From assembly GCA_963707955.1 (NCBI GenBank), contig OY970176.1:256001-320000 (forward strand): DNA of 64,000 nt, in the 5' to 3' direction. Shown piece after piece: positions 39,447 through 49,249 of this stretch. This DNA is from Candidatus Bathyarchaeota archaeon. Lineage in GTDB: Archaea; Thermoproteota; Bathyarchaeia; Bathyarchaeales; Bathycorpusculaceae. The notes below the pieces were generated by a model, which was given only the letters and a program-made list of their open reading frames with translations, did not search any database and had not been told where the DNA came from. The translations under genes and the position numbers were made by a program. How positions within the stretch are numbered: position 1 is the first letter of the stretch; each line of letters begins with the position of its first letter.

Positions 39447-40490
39447 ATGCTGTTATGTGAACCGGAAAGAAACCTGAGCGCTGAGCAGAGCCTCATTAAT
39501 GATACTAACTTGTACGGAGCTAACTCAACGTCGTTCGGGACGATCCATGACTATGGTAACATTACGGTTCCAGCTGGCGGAAGCTTAGTCGCCTTCAGTC
39601 TTGAAACCCTGCTTGCCCACATCAGCTTCATAAACGGGGCCGTCCTCGCCATCCAAGTTGGCAGTCTCAAATACGTCGCAGGCTACTATTACGACAACAA
39701 CGGCCCAGACGAGAAGCACCTCGGCGCGCTGATTTGGCTTTCAGCAGGAACCTACGATATCTCTGTCGTTGGTCTTGTTCCGGACATAACGGAAACCGTG
39801 GAAATATATAACATGAAGGTTGGCCTTGTCCAGTTCAACGATGTCCAGCCGTCAGCACTAGCATACTACACGGCAGCGACAAACTCGATACAGCTTACAG
39901 TTCCAAATCGGACGTTGCCAGTCGGAAGCTTGAACCAGGCAGTATTCGCCATTAACATCTGCACAAGCGGAACCCTAGGGTCAACATTCGTCTTGACTGT
40001 AGACGGCGTTGCTCACACTGATATGGATGAGTCAAGCTGGCTCGAATATCCAGGGATCCAGCAGGTTAATGGGTATGACATCTACAAGTTTTACATTCCA
40101 CTTTCAGTCGGAGTCCAGCACACGATCGGCATCGCACTTTCAGGCGGCGCCGTCGCTTACGCCTCCGTAATCGCGTGCCCATGGATATGCGCCCTCGCAG
40201 GAAGACGACACAACCCTCTCAAGCTGAGCTTCTCGCAGCTGAGCACTTTCTACGTTGACATTGGCAGTCTCTTCAATAATGGAGCAAAAAACTGCTACAT
40301 AGGCGCGCAAAAAGCCATTTCATACGGAGCAGCCGATTACGGTCCTACTGCATCGCAGACGAGTACTGGCGGGATGCTTTCCTTCAGCTACACCTTCACA
40401 GCCGTAAGCGTGTCAGCCTCTTCCTTCGTCGTAGACTCAAACAGTGTTCTCGGCAGCTGCATCGAAAACATCGCGGTGGACATTCAATAG
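39447..40490 (+). CDS. Beta-rich putative virion/tail or receptor-binding protein
   Basis: Ser/Thr/Gly/Tyr-rich, low charge, no signal peptide. Confidence 0.5.
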   Translation: MLLCEPERNLSAEQSLINDTNLYGANSTSFGTIHDYGNITVPAGGSLVAFSLETLLAHISFINGAVLAIQVGSLKYVAGYYYDNNGPDEKHLGALIWLSAGTYDISVVGLVPDITETVEIYNMKVGLVQFNDVQPSALAYYTAATNSIQLTVPNRTLPVGSLNQAVFAINICTSGTLGSTFVLTVDGVAHTDMDESSWLEYPGIQQVNGYDIYKFYIPLSVGVQHTIGIALSGGAVAYASVIACPWICALAGRRHNPLKLSFSQLSTFYVDIGSLFNNGAKNCYIGAQKAISYGAADYGPTASQTSTGGMLSFSYTFTAVSVSASSFVVDSNSVLGSCIENIAVDIQ

Positions 40491-40852
40491 GAAGCATGAA
40501 CAGAGGCGACCTAACGTCTAATCAGAGGGGGTTCTCCCTCGAATCAGAGGCGCGCCCTCGAATGTGAACTCAATCAGAGGACGAGTCCAATCGGAGGGGC
40601 CAAATGGGAAAATATAGGAAAGTATAGACTTTTGGGGTTAACTTCTGGGACTTCTGGTTCAAATGAACCGAAAGTTGAGCTCCCTCCGGAGGAGCTGTGA
40701 ATATTCCGCGCGGCATAGCTTGGATCTCAGTCAGGTCCTTCTAAGACGTCGACGACGTCGATGAGGGGGCCGGGTGAGCCTGTCAACGTTGAAAAACAGA
40801 AAAAAAGAGGGGTTGCGGTGGAGATGAGTGTTGTTGACTCCACTTGGGGTTG

Positions 40853-40867
40853 CTTAAGCCTTTTGGT
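40853..40867. repeat. Right att core CTTAAGCCTTTTGGT
   Basis: Identical to 28628-28642; adjacent to the 3' end of the second integrase remnant. Confidence 0.85.
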
Positions 40868-40897
40868 AGTGCAGTTTTGACTGTAAGTACTCCCTGT

Positions 40898-41600
40898 CTA
40901 CGCAAGGCTGACGAATCTCTTTGGTTTTCTGTAGAGGTGGATTCCGTTGAACTCGTCGTATTTTTCGAATCCTGCTTCTCCTAGCTTCTTGACTTCCTCT
41001 ACGGTTGTGGCTGCTGTCACGTCGTAGTCGCTGTCCTTGAACTCGATGAGCTGAGTGTATTTCATGGTGCTGTTGATGTTCTTGTGCCCTAGCAACTTCT
41101 TGACCAGGAGTATTTTGTTTGTGCGGAAATAGACCATTGTGGCTCCCCAATGCCTGAACGTGACTAGGCTGATCTTGAGGATCCTTGGATTGTTGAGTTT
41201 CGCAGCTATCCTCTCTCGCATGGTGAAGTAGCATCGAGCAAGCACCTGATACGTTGTCGGAAAGATCAACTCTGAAGTCTTCGGCAAAGCATTGAGCATC
41301 GAGCACAGATTATTGCTTACCTGTACCTGTCTCGGATAGTGTCCTTTGACAGGCCTGTTGATTGTTACGACGTTGCCGTTCAGGTCTATCCATCGTAGCC
41401 TTAAAGCTTCTGAGGGGTCAGCCATCGTTTCCTTTAAAGTTTGTAGGTAAGCCGTCATCCGTTTGCTGTTAGCCTCCAAGACCAGGGCATCAATTTCCTT
41501 CTCGTCAGGCATGAAGGGAAACGCTTCTTCTTGGCGGAATCTCGGGGAGTCCATGAGAGCTTCAACATCTTCGTCAAAGCGTCATAGGCGTAGGTCACCT
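40898..41600 (-). pseudogene. 5'-truncated, frameshifted paralog of the 28692 integrase
   Basis: ETMADPSE, TFRHW, LGHKNINSTMKY; upstream frame VTYAYDALTKMLKLSW matches AAYAYDAFTRMAGLSW; homology ends at GCGCGCGC 41601. Confidence 0.88.
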
Positions 41601-42174
41601 GCGCGCGCAATTGTTGGTGGTCACTCTAAAGGGATGATGATGAGAGCGCGCTAAGATTAGGTGATAGAATGAAAAAACCTTTAAGGTCGAAAGAAAGAAG
41701 ATTGAGATTATTGAATGGTAAGAATGTTAAAGCTGTTCTGTCTGATCGAACAAATGCTATCGGGACATTAAATCATGTTGGAAGAGGAATATGGAGTATT
41801 ACTGCAATAAAGAGTCTAAAACCTTACAAAAGGGAAAGTTAAGATGAGGTAGATTTGATGCACAGATTTCTTGTTCAAGGACTTTCAACTATTGCTTACT
41901 ACATTCGCTTCTCTTTTCCTAATGTTTCGTTTGCATTATTCCTTCTTGCGTATTCAATTATAAAGTTGACTTACATTAGCATAGACGGAACACGTTATCT
42001 AAGAACAGGTGTTTATTTCTTTCCTGATGTAATACCATTATCTGAAATGGAAGTGCTAGTTTTTTCTCGTGCTTCTTTCTCACGAAATTAGCGCGCGCTC
42101 GCGCTCCATCCAAAATACATGGTAGAAAAAGGGGAAGATGCAGGAAATATCGCCAGTTAGAATGAAAATGAGCT

Positions 42175-42268
42175 CGCGCGCAACGGCACCCATCTCAACG
42201 GCAAGCTTGGCAAAATTCTTCAAATCATCTTCAAACACCGTCTCACTATTCACGTTGCTTCTATCCAT
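42175..42268 (-). pseudogene. N-terminal fragment of a DUF2284-like protein
   Basis: DDLKNFAKLAVEMGAV then abrupt junction at CGCGCGC. Confidence 0.4.
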
Positions 42269-42283
42269 TTCTAGGCCTCATTT

Positions 42284-43159
42284 CTAAGACTCGGTGGTCA
42301 ACCCAAGCATCTTTGCTGTTGCATCCCACAAAGACTTCTGGGCTTGTTGGTCATAGGTTATGGGAGTCGTGCTTGTTTCCTTCAGTTTTGAGAAGCATTT
42401 TCCAGTCACACCTTCAACCTCATGCGATGATGCTAAATATACTGCGGTTTCGGCACCCTTCTTCGGAGAGATTAGAAAAGGTCGCATCATCATAAACATA
42501 AAAGATTGTATACGACTGCCACTATTCTTTCCGAGGTTAGTTGCAACCAAGCCCGGTTGAACTGCGTTAACAGTGACTCCAGTGCCTTGTAGACGCCTAG
42601 CCAATTCATATGTAAACATTATGAGCATCAGCTTTGCATTGGCGTACGAATTCGCACGCCGATAAGAAAATCCCCTATAATTCTTCTCATTCTGAAGATC
42701 GTCAAGATCAATCCTTCCTAATTTGTACAGTCCAGAAATTATGTTTATAATCCGAGACGGAGCACTGCTCTTCAACGAAGGTAACAGTTTGTGTGTGAGA
42801 AGAAATGGTCCGAGATAATCTACCGCCAATGTCAGCTCAAAACCATCAACTGAGGTTTGACGCTTGCTGAAAACAGCGCCAGCATTATTAATCAGTACAT
42901 CAAGTTTTTCATATTTTTCCGCAAACTCCTTTGCAAATTTTCGGATTGAACCTGCCGAGGACATATCACAAATCATCAAGACTGTCGATTGGGTACCAGT
43001 TTTATCAATTACCTCTTTCAAGGCTTTCTCACCACGTTCTTGGCTTCGCACGGTCATAACAACGGTTGCGTCCATGTTCGCCAAAGCCATAGCTGTTTCT
43101 TTACCCATTCCAGAGTTGCTGCCGGTTACAATACAGACCCTGCCTTTCATTTCGCTCAT
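42284..43159 (-). CDS. SDR oxidoreductase (retinol-DH-like), cargo
   Basis: TGSNSGMG, NNAG, YANAK, PGLVAT; AT-richer than the backbone. Confidence 0.9.
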   Translation of the reverse strand: MSEMKGRVCIVTGSNSGMGKETAMALANMDATVVMTVRSQERGEKALKEVIDKTGTQSTVLMICDMSSAGSIRKFAKEFAEKYEKLDVLINNAGAVFSKRQTSVDGFELTLAVDYLGPFLLTHKLLPSLKSSAPSRIINIISGLYKLGRIDLDDLQNEKNYRGFSYRRANSYANAKLMLIMFTYELARRLQGTGVTVNAVQPGLVATNLGKNSGSRIQSFMFMMMRPFLISPKKGAETAVYLASSHEVEGVTGKCFSKLKETSTTPITYDQQAQKSLWDATAKMLGLTTES

Positions 43160-43261
43160 TTTCGTTCCTCGCGACTAGCGCACACAGAGGTAGAAGCGCG
43201 CGCTATTAACCTTCAGCAGAGAAAAAAGGGAATTGTGCGGGAGACGTCTCAAATATTATAA

Positions 43262-43277
43262 CATAAGGCTTTTGGTG
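43262..43277. repeat. Third, degenerate att core CATAAGGCTTTTGGTG
   Basis: 14/16 identical to 28628-28643; next to a third integrase tail. Confidence 0.7.
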
Positions 43278-43298
43278 TGGATGTTCGATCTTTTGGTG

Positions 43299-43400
43299 TC
43301 ATATTTTGATGCTTCCGAACCTTTTGGGTCTCCTGTAGTAGCTGATGTGCGTCGCTCCAACGATGCGTTTATCGTATTTCTGGTATCCCTGCATGCCCAA
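43299..43400 (-). pseudogene. C-terminal 33-codon remnant of a third integrase paralog
   Basis: LGMQGYQKYDKRIVGATHISYYRRPKRFGSIKI* vs MGMLGAQKYDERTVAGTVISYYRRPKALRSSIKV*. Confidence 0.85.
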
Positions 43401-43475
43401 ACTAAATTCTATGGGTGCGTTATTCTGCCGAAAGTGATAAATTCTGAAATAGAAAAACACGGTGAGTGATAAAAC

Positions 43476-44214
43476 ATGAACTGCAGAATCGTGTTGCTCA
43501 GTTTGATCTCAGCATTCCTGTTGCTTGCATTTGTCGTAGAAGCGTCAGCTCAAACGAGGACGGTAGGCGTCAGCGTGGGCAACACGTTTACGTACAGTGC
43601 CATCGCTGGTCTGGAGTTCAAACGACCCAAATGCTACGCCTCCGTCCGGCCTAGTGGAACTCAACAAGACACAATGGTTAGAGGTTGCCGTTACAGCAAT
43701 TTCTGGCACAAACATAACTGGACAACTGACAAGCCATTACAAGAACGGGACCGAAATAACCTCGGGCGGTTGGGTAGACGTAGACACTGGAGGCAGCGTG
43801 AACCTGACAACTTGGTTCATTTCAGCCAACCTAGTCCGAGGCGATTTGATGTACACTCTTTCGCCATACAACACTACGACGATAAATGAGACCGTAACCA
43901 GAACGTATGCCAATGGTGTGAGAGACACAAATCATGTAAACCTGACCAGTGTTTCAACATCTTCCTTGGGAAATCTCAGCCTTGCTACTAATCTGTACTG
44001 GGACAAGTCAACAGGGGTGGTTGTTGAATTTTCGACAGGAGAGTCCAACCAGACGGGAACACACACGACAACGTGGTCAGAAGGCTTGCAAATCTCAGAC
44101 TCAAACGTCTGGACGGTGCCTGAGTTTCCCATATGGACCACACCGCTGATCATGCTCAGCGCGGTCGCTGTGATCATTGCCAGAAAAAGGCAGCCCAGAA
44201 GACCGCTCCGCTAA
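43476..44214 (+). pseudogene. Secreted PEF-CTERM surface protein, frameshift near 43608
   Basis: Signal peptide and VGVSVGNTFTY in one frame; WSSNDP...VPEFP-TM-RKR in another. Confidence 0.75.
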
Positions 44215-44504
44215 CCGCCCCTTCTTTTTCAAGCGCGCGAAGTTTGACCAATTCACCCTAGAATGCCAACTTTGGAAAAGATATGTGGTCGTTTCTTGAC
44301 ACTATTCTATCGCGCGCGCCATCTACTAGAAAATAGTAGTTAAAACTTGTTTTTGTCTGTCTCTGCCTGTTTGTCTGGGTAGCGTGATTTAAATGGCCTT
44401 GAAAACGTGCAGGTTTGATGAAAGTTATTCGTGAACTATGCCTTGAAAAAGAAGAGGATTCTACGTGCCCAACGATAAAAGTGAACTGCCAGGACGAGTG
44501 TTGC

Positions 44505-44801
44505 TTATTTTTGCTGTTCTTTGTTGGTCATTTCGTTTATCTGCTGTTCCATCGTGTGACCGCGGCAGTAGATCAATGCCTTCTTGACCCCGGACACCTT
44601 GAGCGCAGCATTCTTTATGTCACTTGCAAGCTTGAAGGCTATTGGGCAGAACGGGCTTGACGGAACGAACTCGACCTTTACGACGCCAGCTTCCTCTTCT
44701 TTGACGTTGGTTATCATCTGCATCTCTGCAAAGGACATGCCGGTCTCTGGGTCGACAACCTGGCCTACGGCTTCACGGACCTTTTCCTCCAACTCCGTCA
44801 A
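44505..44801 (-). CDS. DUF59/MIP18 Fe-S cluster assembly protein
   Basis: VVDPETG, PSSPFCP. Confidence 0.85.
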   Translation of the reverse strand: MTELEEKVREAVGQVVDPETGMSFAEMQMITNVKEEEAGVVKVEFVPSSPFCPIAFKLASDIKNAALKVSGVKKALIYCRGHTMEQQINEMTNKEQQK

Positions 44802-44864
44802 ACTCTTGCACTTCCGTTTGCGTTGGTACCGATCAGGACAGAGCCATCCTATATACGTGTTGCA

Positions 44865-46409
44865 TTAACTCGGTATTTTTTTCCTTTGTTTTGTCAAGTG
44901 CATGCGCCAGCTCAAAGTCATGGTCTTAGGATGGGACGCCTTAACTTCATCTAGACGCGAGACAGCCGTGTTGTGCGGCGCCTTCAGGACGACATCAGGG
45001 TGTGCGTATGCCTCTTCGCAGATTTTTTGCATCGTGTCAGCGAACCGGTCTATTTCCTCCTTCTCGAAGGTCTCCGTTGGTTCAATCATTAACGCCTCAT
45101 CAACAATGAGGGGAAAATAGACCGTCGGCGCGTGCAGACCGTAGTCAAGCAAGCGCTTTGCGATGTTTAAAGCTGAAACGCCAGTGTCGTCCTTCAAAGG
45201 CTTGGCGCTGAAGACGCATTCATGCTTTCTCAGCTTTTCGGTGTCGTAAGGGAGAGCCAAGCCTTTGATCCGACTGAGCTTCTTCATCAGGTAATTAGCG
45301 TTCAATGCCGAAACTTCAGCTGCTTCCTTCAGCCCTTCAAAACCCATGCTAAGCACGTAGACATAAGCCCTAAGCAGAACTGCGACGTTTCCGTAGAAGC
45401 CCCTGATCTTTCCAATGCTTCGTGGCCTTTCATAGTCCAAGTGGTACCGCTTTCCGTCGTAAACTATTCGTGGAACTGGCAAGAAATCAGCCAAGTCTTT
45501 CGACACACCGACTGGGCCTGCTCCGGGTCCGCCTCCCCCGTGAGGTGTGCTGAAAGTCTTATGGATGTTGATGTGAACAATATCGAAACCCATGTCACCT
45601 GGTCTGGCCTTGCCGAGCAGCGGGTTGAGGTTTGCCCCGTCATAGTAAAGAAGGCCCCCTGCGTCATGGACAACTTCGGCTATTTCTTCAATGTCCTTTT
45701 CGAATATTCCGAGAGTGTTGGGGTTGGTAAGCATCAAGCCTGCCGTTCTATTCGAGGCGACTGACTTGAGAGCCTCCAAATCCATGCACCCGTCAGCACC
45801 TGACGGGAGAACCACTACGTTGAAGCCAGCCATTGCCGCGCTTGCAGGGTTCGTCCCATGTGCAGAGTCAGGAACGATCAATTCTGTCCTCTTTTCGCAC
45901 TCACCGTTCGATTTTAAGCATGCACGCATCAACAACGTACCCAGAAGCTCACCATGAGCTCCTGCAGCGGGCTGCAAACAGACCTCGTATGTTCCAGTTA
46001 TCTCACTGAGCCAACGTTCAAGCTTGAACAGAATCTCCAGTATGCCCTGCACTGTGCTTTCATCCTGATACGGGTGGATCATTCCCAGCGCGGGCGAGCA
46101 TGCCAGCAGCTCGTTGATTTTCGGATTGTACTTCATGGTGCAGCTTCCGAGCGGATAAAACCCTGAGTCAACACCATAATTCATCTCCGACAAATGCAAA
46201 AAGTGCCTGTTAACCTCGACCTCAGAGAGCTCTGGAAGACCAAGCTCGCTCTTCCTCTGCATGTTTTTTGGTAGAAGCGCGTTGAGATCACCTACTGCTT
46301 CTCTAATTTCGTCCTCGACGGCTGGAAGGACATGTCCTCTCCGTCCCTTCTTTCCGAGGTTGAAAATAACCGGTTCATTCCAGTTTGCCTGTTTGTACAT
46401 GGTTTTCAT
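44865..46409 (-). CDS. gcvPB: Glycine cleavage P-protein subunit 2
   Basis: PLGSCTMKYNP, SAHGTNPASA, HKTFSTPHGGGGPG. Confidence 0.95.
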   Translation of the reverse strand: MKTMYKQANWNEPVIFNLGKKGRRGHVLPAVEDEIREAVGDLNALLPKNMQRKSELGLPELSEVEVNRHFLHLSEMNYGVDSGFYPLGSCTMKYNPKINELLACSPALGMIHPYQDESTVQGILEILFKLERWLSEITGTYEVCLQPAAGAHGELLGTLLMRACLKSNGECEKRTELIVPDSAHGTNPASAAMAGFNVVVLPSGADGCMDLEALKSVASNRTAGLMLTNPNTLGIFEKDIEEIAEVVHDAGGLLYYDGANLNPLLGKARPGDMGFDIVHINIHKTFSTPHGGGGPGAGPVGVSKDLADFLPVPRIVYDGKRYHLDYERPRSIGKIRGFYGNVAVLLRAYVYVLSMGFEGLKEAAEVSALNANYLMKKLSRIKGLALPYDTEKLRKHECVFSAKPLKDDTGVSALNIAKRLLDYGLHAPTVYFPLIVDEALMIEPTETFEKEEIDRFADTMQKICEEAYAHPDVVLKAPHNTAVSRLDEVKASHPKTMTLSWRMHLTKQRKKIPS

Positions 46410-47815
46410 CTCTCGCCCACTATTTCTTCAAGAGCATTCGCGAGGTGTTGAATCTGCTCTTTTGAGTGGATTTCGGTCACGCAGAACAGCGCTGCTTGAC
46501 CCAGCTCGGGGAACTCTTTTGACAGGTCTTTTCCTCCCTGAATCTGATGCTTCAAAAGTCTTCCGTTGACCTCATTGACCGTGAGGTTTGCTTGGTCGAA
46601 GTTCACTGTGAACTCTTTGAAGTGTGCTGTTTTGAAAATGGGGACTCTGACGTTGCCTATTCTTGAAAGCAGACGCATGGCGTAGTTGGCCTTGTACATT
46701 ATTGTTTCTCCGAGCTCGCGCAGGCCTTCTGGTCCGAGCAAAGCCATGTAAACGGCGGAGGCCACTGCGCACAGAACTTCGTTCGTGCAGATGTTGGACG
46801 TTGCTTTCTCCCGTCTTATGTGCTGCTCGCGAGTTTGCATCGTCATGCAAAAGCCCTGTTTGCTGTCGTCTTGAGTTGTGGTCAGCCCGATTATTCTGCC
46901 CGGCATCTGTCTTATCAGAGTCATGTCGTCGCGGCAAGCCATTATCCCTAACAGAGGACCTCCGAAGTTCATCGCGTTCCCTAGGGGTTGAGCCTCTCCG
47001 ACGACGATATCTGCCCCATACTTGCCCGGAGGCTTTAACAGTCCAAGTGACGTTGGGTCGACTCCTGTTATGAAAAGGGCGTTGTGCAGGTGTGCTTCCT
47101 GGCTTATCTCCTCGGCTTGTGTTTCGATGAGTCCTAAATAGTGCGGGTTTTCGATGTAGACGGCTGCCGTTTCGTCTGAGATTTTGCTTTTTAAATCTTC
47201 GAGGCTCAGCTGTCCCGTCTCCTTGTCATAGGCAACTTCTCTGATTTTGATTCCTACTGGGTCAGAGTAGACTTTCAGCGTTGAGACTCTCTCTGGATGA
47301 ATAAGCTTCGGAACCAATACCTCCTTCCGCCTCTTGATCCTTGCAGCCATGCGCGCCGCTTCGCCTAGTGCGGAAACCCAGTCGTACATCGAGCAGTTAG
47401 CAACTGTCATACCTGTCAGTTCACAGATCATACTCTGATACTCAAAAAGTGCTTGAAGCATACCCTGGGAGATTTCAGGCTGGTACGGAGTGTAGGACGT
47501 TAGAAACTCGCTGCGCTGAACAATCTCTTGAACGACGGCTGGCACATAATGGGGCCAGCAGCCTGCACCTAAGAAAAGTGACATACGATTGTTTGCATCA
47601 TTTTTTGACAGCAAGGCTTCAACATGCTTTCTGACTTCGAACTCAGACAAGCCCTTCTCTGGAAGGTTTAGCCTTTTCTTCAGAAGGTACTTCTCTGGAA
47701 CGTCTCTGTACAATTCAGTGATGTTACGTATGCCTATTTCTCGCATCATTTCCTGTTTGGTTTCGGGAACGGAATTGGGAATGTAAGGATGACTGCTTCT
47801 GCTCACGAACTTCAC
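46406..47815 (-). CDS. gcvPA: Glycine cleavage P-protein subunit 1
   Basis: YTPYQPEISQG, TREQHIRREKATSNICTN. Confidence 0.95.
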   Translation of the reverse strand: MKFVSRSSHPYIPNSVPETKQEMMREIGIRNITELYRDVPEKYLLKKRLNLPEKGLSEFEVRKHVEALLSKNDANNRMSLFLGAGCWPHYVPAVVQEIVQRSEFLTSYTPYQPEISQGMLQALFEYQSMICELTGMTVANCSMYDWVSALGEAARMAARIKRRKEVLVPKLIHPERVSTLKVYSDPVGIKIREVAYDKETGQLSLEDLKSKISDETAAVYIENPHYLGLIETQAEEISQEAHLHNALFITGVDPTSLGLLKPPGKYGADIVVGEAQPLGNAMNFGGPLLGIMACRDDMTLIRQMPGRIIGLTTTQDDSKQGFCMTMQTREQHIRREKATSNICTNEVLCAVASAVYMALLGPEGLRELGETIMYKANYAMRLLSRIGNVRVPIFKTAHFKEFTVNFDQANLTVNEVNGRLLKHQIQGGKDLSKEFPELGQAALFCVTEIHSKEQIQHLANALEEIVGER

Positions 47816-47874
47816 CGTTGCGAATTAAAAGGTTAATGTACTAGCTTCTTTAAGCTTTTTCAAGTGCTCTCAAG

Positions 47875-48036
47875 ATGAACTCTTTGAAGAGTGAAGACCG
47901 AGAGAAGTGGGAACCGCTCTACCCAGTCGAGTTTTACGAAGCGAGATGTGGGCTGTCGAAGTGTCATTTCATGCTGATGATCAAGAAGTGCGTGCCGATT
48001 CCAACGCTAACTAGATCGGTGCAGATTTTTAGGTGA
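47875..48036 (+). CDS. Possible 53-aa small protein
   Basis: ATG about 25 nt after TTTAAG; MNSLKSEDREKWEPLYPVEFYEARCGLSKCHF... Confidence 0.3.
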   Translation: MNSLKSEDREKWEPLYPVEFYEARCGLSKCHFMLMIKKCVPIPTLTRSVQIFR

Positions 48037-48156
48037 GTCTGCCACTAGATTTTCCAATCGTTCGGATACTGCTTCGGAGGTCTGCTCGTCGATTTCGGGT
48101 CCCCGCTTGCAAGTCCCTCTTCCTTCTTTCTTGTCGAGATTCTCTAACCTCTAGAC

Positions 48157-48669
48157 CTAATACTGAATCCCCTTTGTCGTGACCAGATCTTTTGGAGATT
48201 TGATGTCTTTGACCTCGTTGACGAAGTCTGCCCTGTCTAGCAATTCTTTTGGAGCATACCTTCCGGTTAAGACAACGTCAGTATTCTCCGGAATCTTCTC
48301 TAGAAGCTTCAGAACCTCTCTAATATCTAGGAGCTGACAGTACAGGGCGAGGTTGATTTCGTCCAGAACGAGCAGCGCAGGTTTTTTCTCTTTGACCACT
48401 TTTTCCGCGAATTTCAAGGCCTTCTGCGCTAATTCTACGTCCTTGTCGCCCAAGTTGCCAAGACCAATCCATCCTCTACGCCCAAATTGGTAGATTTCGT
48501 AGTAAGGTGCAAGCATTTTCTGAACCTTGTATTCGCCGATGTTTTTCCACCATTTCAGAAACTGAATTATAACGACCCTGTGCTTGTGTCCGATCGAGCG
48601 CAACGCTAAGCCCAAGGCATTTGTGGTTTTCCCCGCCCCTGTCCCAGTGTACAGATACACGTGACCCAT
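48157..48669 (-). CDS. cobO: Cob(I)alamin adenosyltransferase CobO/BtuR
   Basis: YTGTGAGKTT, IQFLK, LDEI, LTGR, GIQY. Confidence 0.9.
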   Translation of the reverse strand: MGHVYLYTGTGAGKTTNALGLALRSIGHKHRVVIIQFLKWWKNIGEYKVQKMLAPYYEIYQFGRRGWIGLGNLGDKDVELAQKALKFAEKVVKEKKPALLVLDEINLALYCQLLDIREVLKLLEKIPENTDVVLTGRYAPKELLDRADFVNEVKDIKSPKDLVTTKGIQY

Positions 48670-48825
48670 CTCTGTCCCCTCTCGTGTGATTTGTTGATGC
48701 CTGTTTTTATGATTTTCCAAATCCATGCAGCAATTGCAGCTCGCAAACACGAGACAGAAGTCTGACTTTTTAGAATAAAGTCTTTAATAGTGTATCGCGT
48801 CTTGTTTCTGTTGGAGAGTTCACCC

Positions 48826-49236
48826 ATGAAATATGACTACGACGAACTGCTTAAGCGAGCACGGGGCCAGTTTCCAGAGGTGGCCTCAAAGCGTGAACGC
48901 TTGGAACTCCCTAGGCTGAGCTACGCAAGGATAGGCATGCGCACGGTGATTTACAATTTCAAGGAAATCGCTGACGCCTTGAACCGTGACCCGCAACACC
49001 TGCTCAAGTTCTTGACAGGCGAAATGGCCACGGCTGCAACGATGCAGGCGTCAAGGGTGATTTTCCAGGGCAAGTTTTCAGAGGACACTTTTCAGAGACT
49101 CATGCAGAGATACTTAGGAACCTTCGTTGTCTGCCCGGTGTGTAAGCGTCCGGACACGAAAATCGTTAAAGAAAAACGCTTGTCTTTCCTAGTGTGCGAG
49201 GCGTGCGGGGCACGATCCTCCATCAAGCAGCTGTAA
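48826..49236 (+). CDS. Translation initiation factor aIF-2 beta
   Basis: YDELLKR, LNRDPQH, CPVCKRPDT, CEACGA. Confidence 0.95.
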   Translation: MKYDYDELLKRARGQFPEVASKRERLELPRLSYARIGMRTVIYNFKEIADALNRDPQHLLKFLTGEMATAATMQASRVIFQGKFSEDTFQRLMQRYLGTFVVCPVCKRPDTKIVKEKRLSFLVCEACGARSSIKQL

Positions 49237-49249
49237 GAGTGTTCAAACG

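Larger units (their letters stand above)
28628..40867. mobile_element. 12.2-kb integrated element (satellite- or defective provirus-like)
   Basis: 15-bp direct repeats, terminal integrase, replication ATPase, RHH/AbrB regulators, prohead protease and tail-like genes. Confidence 0.88.

Noticed and set aside
33587-40600. CRISPR or mini-array interpretation of the element repeats
   Set aside because: Repeats are 7-21 bp with irregular spacing, no unique equal-length spacers, and no cas genes in the window
44215-44504. Fourth att copy closing the oldest element
   Set aside because: No convincing match to CTTAAGCCTTTTGGT found; boundary left undefined
47816-48156. Glycine riboswitch upstream of gcvPA
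   Set aside because: Aptamer consensus not recognisable; TATA-like boxes lie directly next to the start, leaving no long leader
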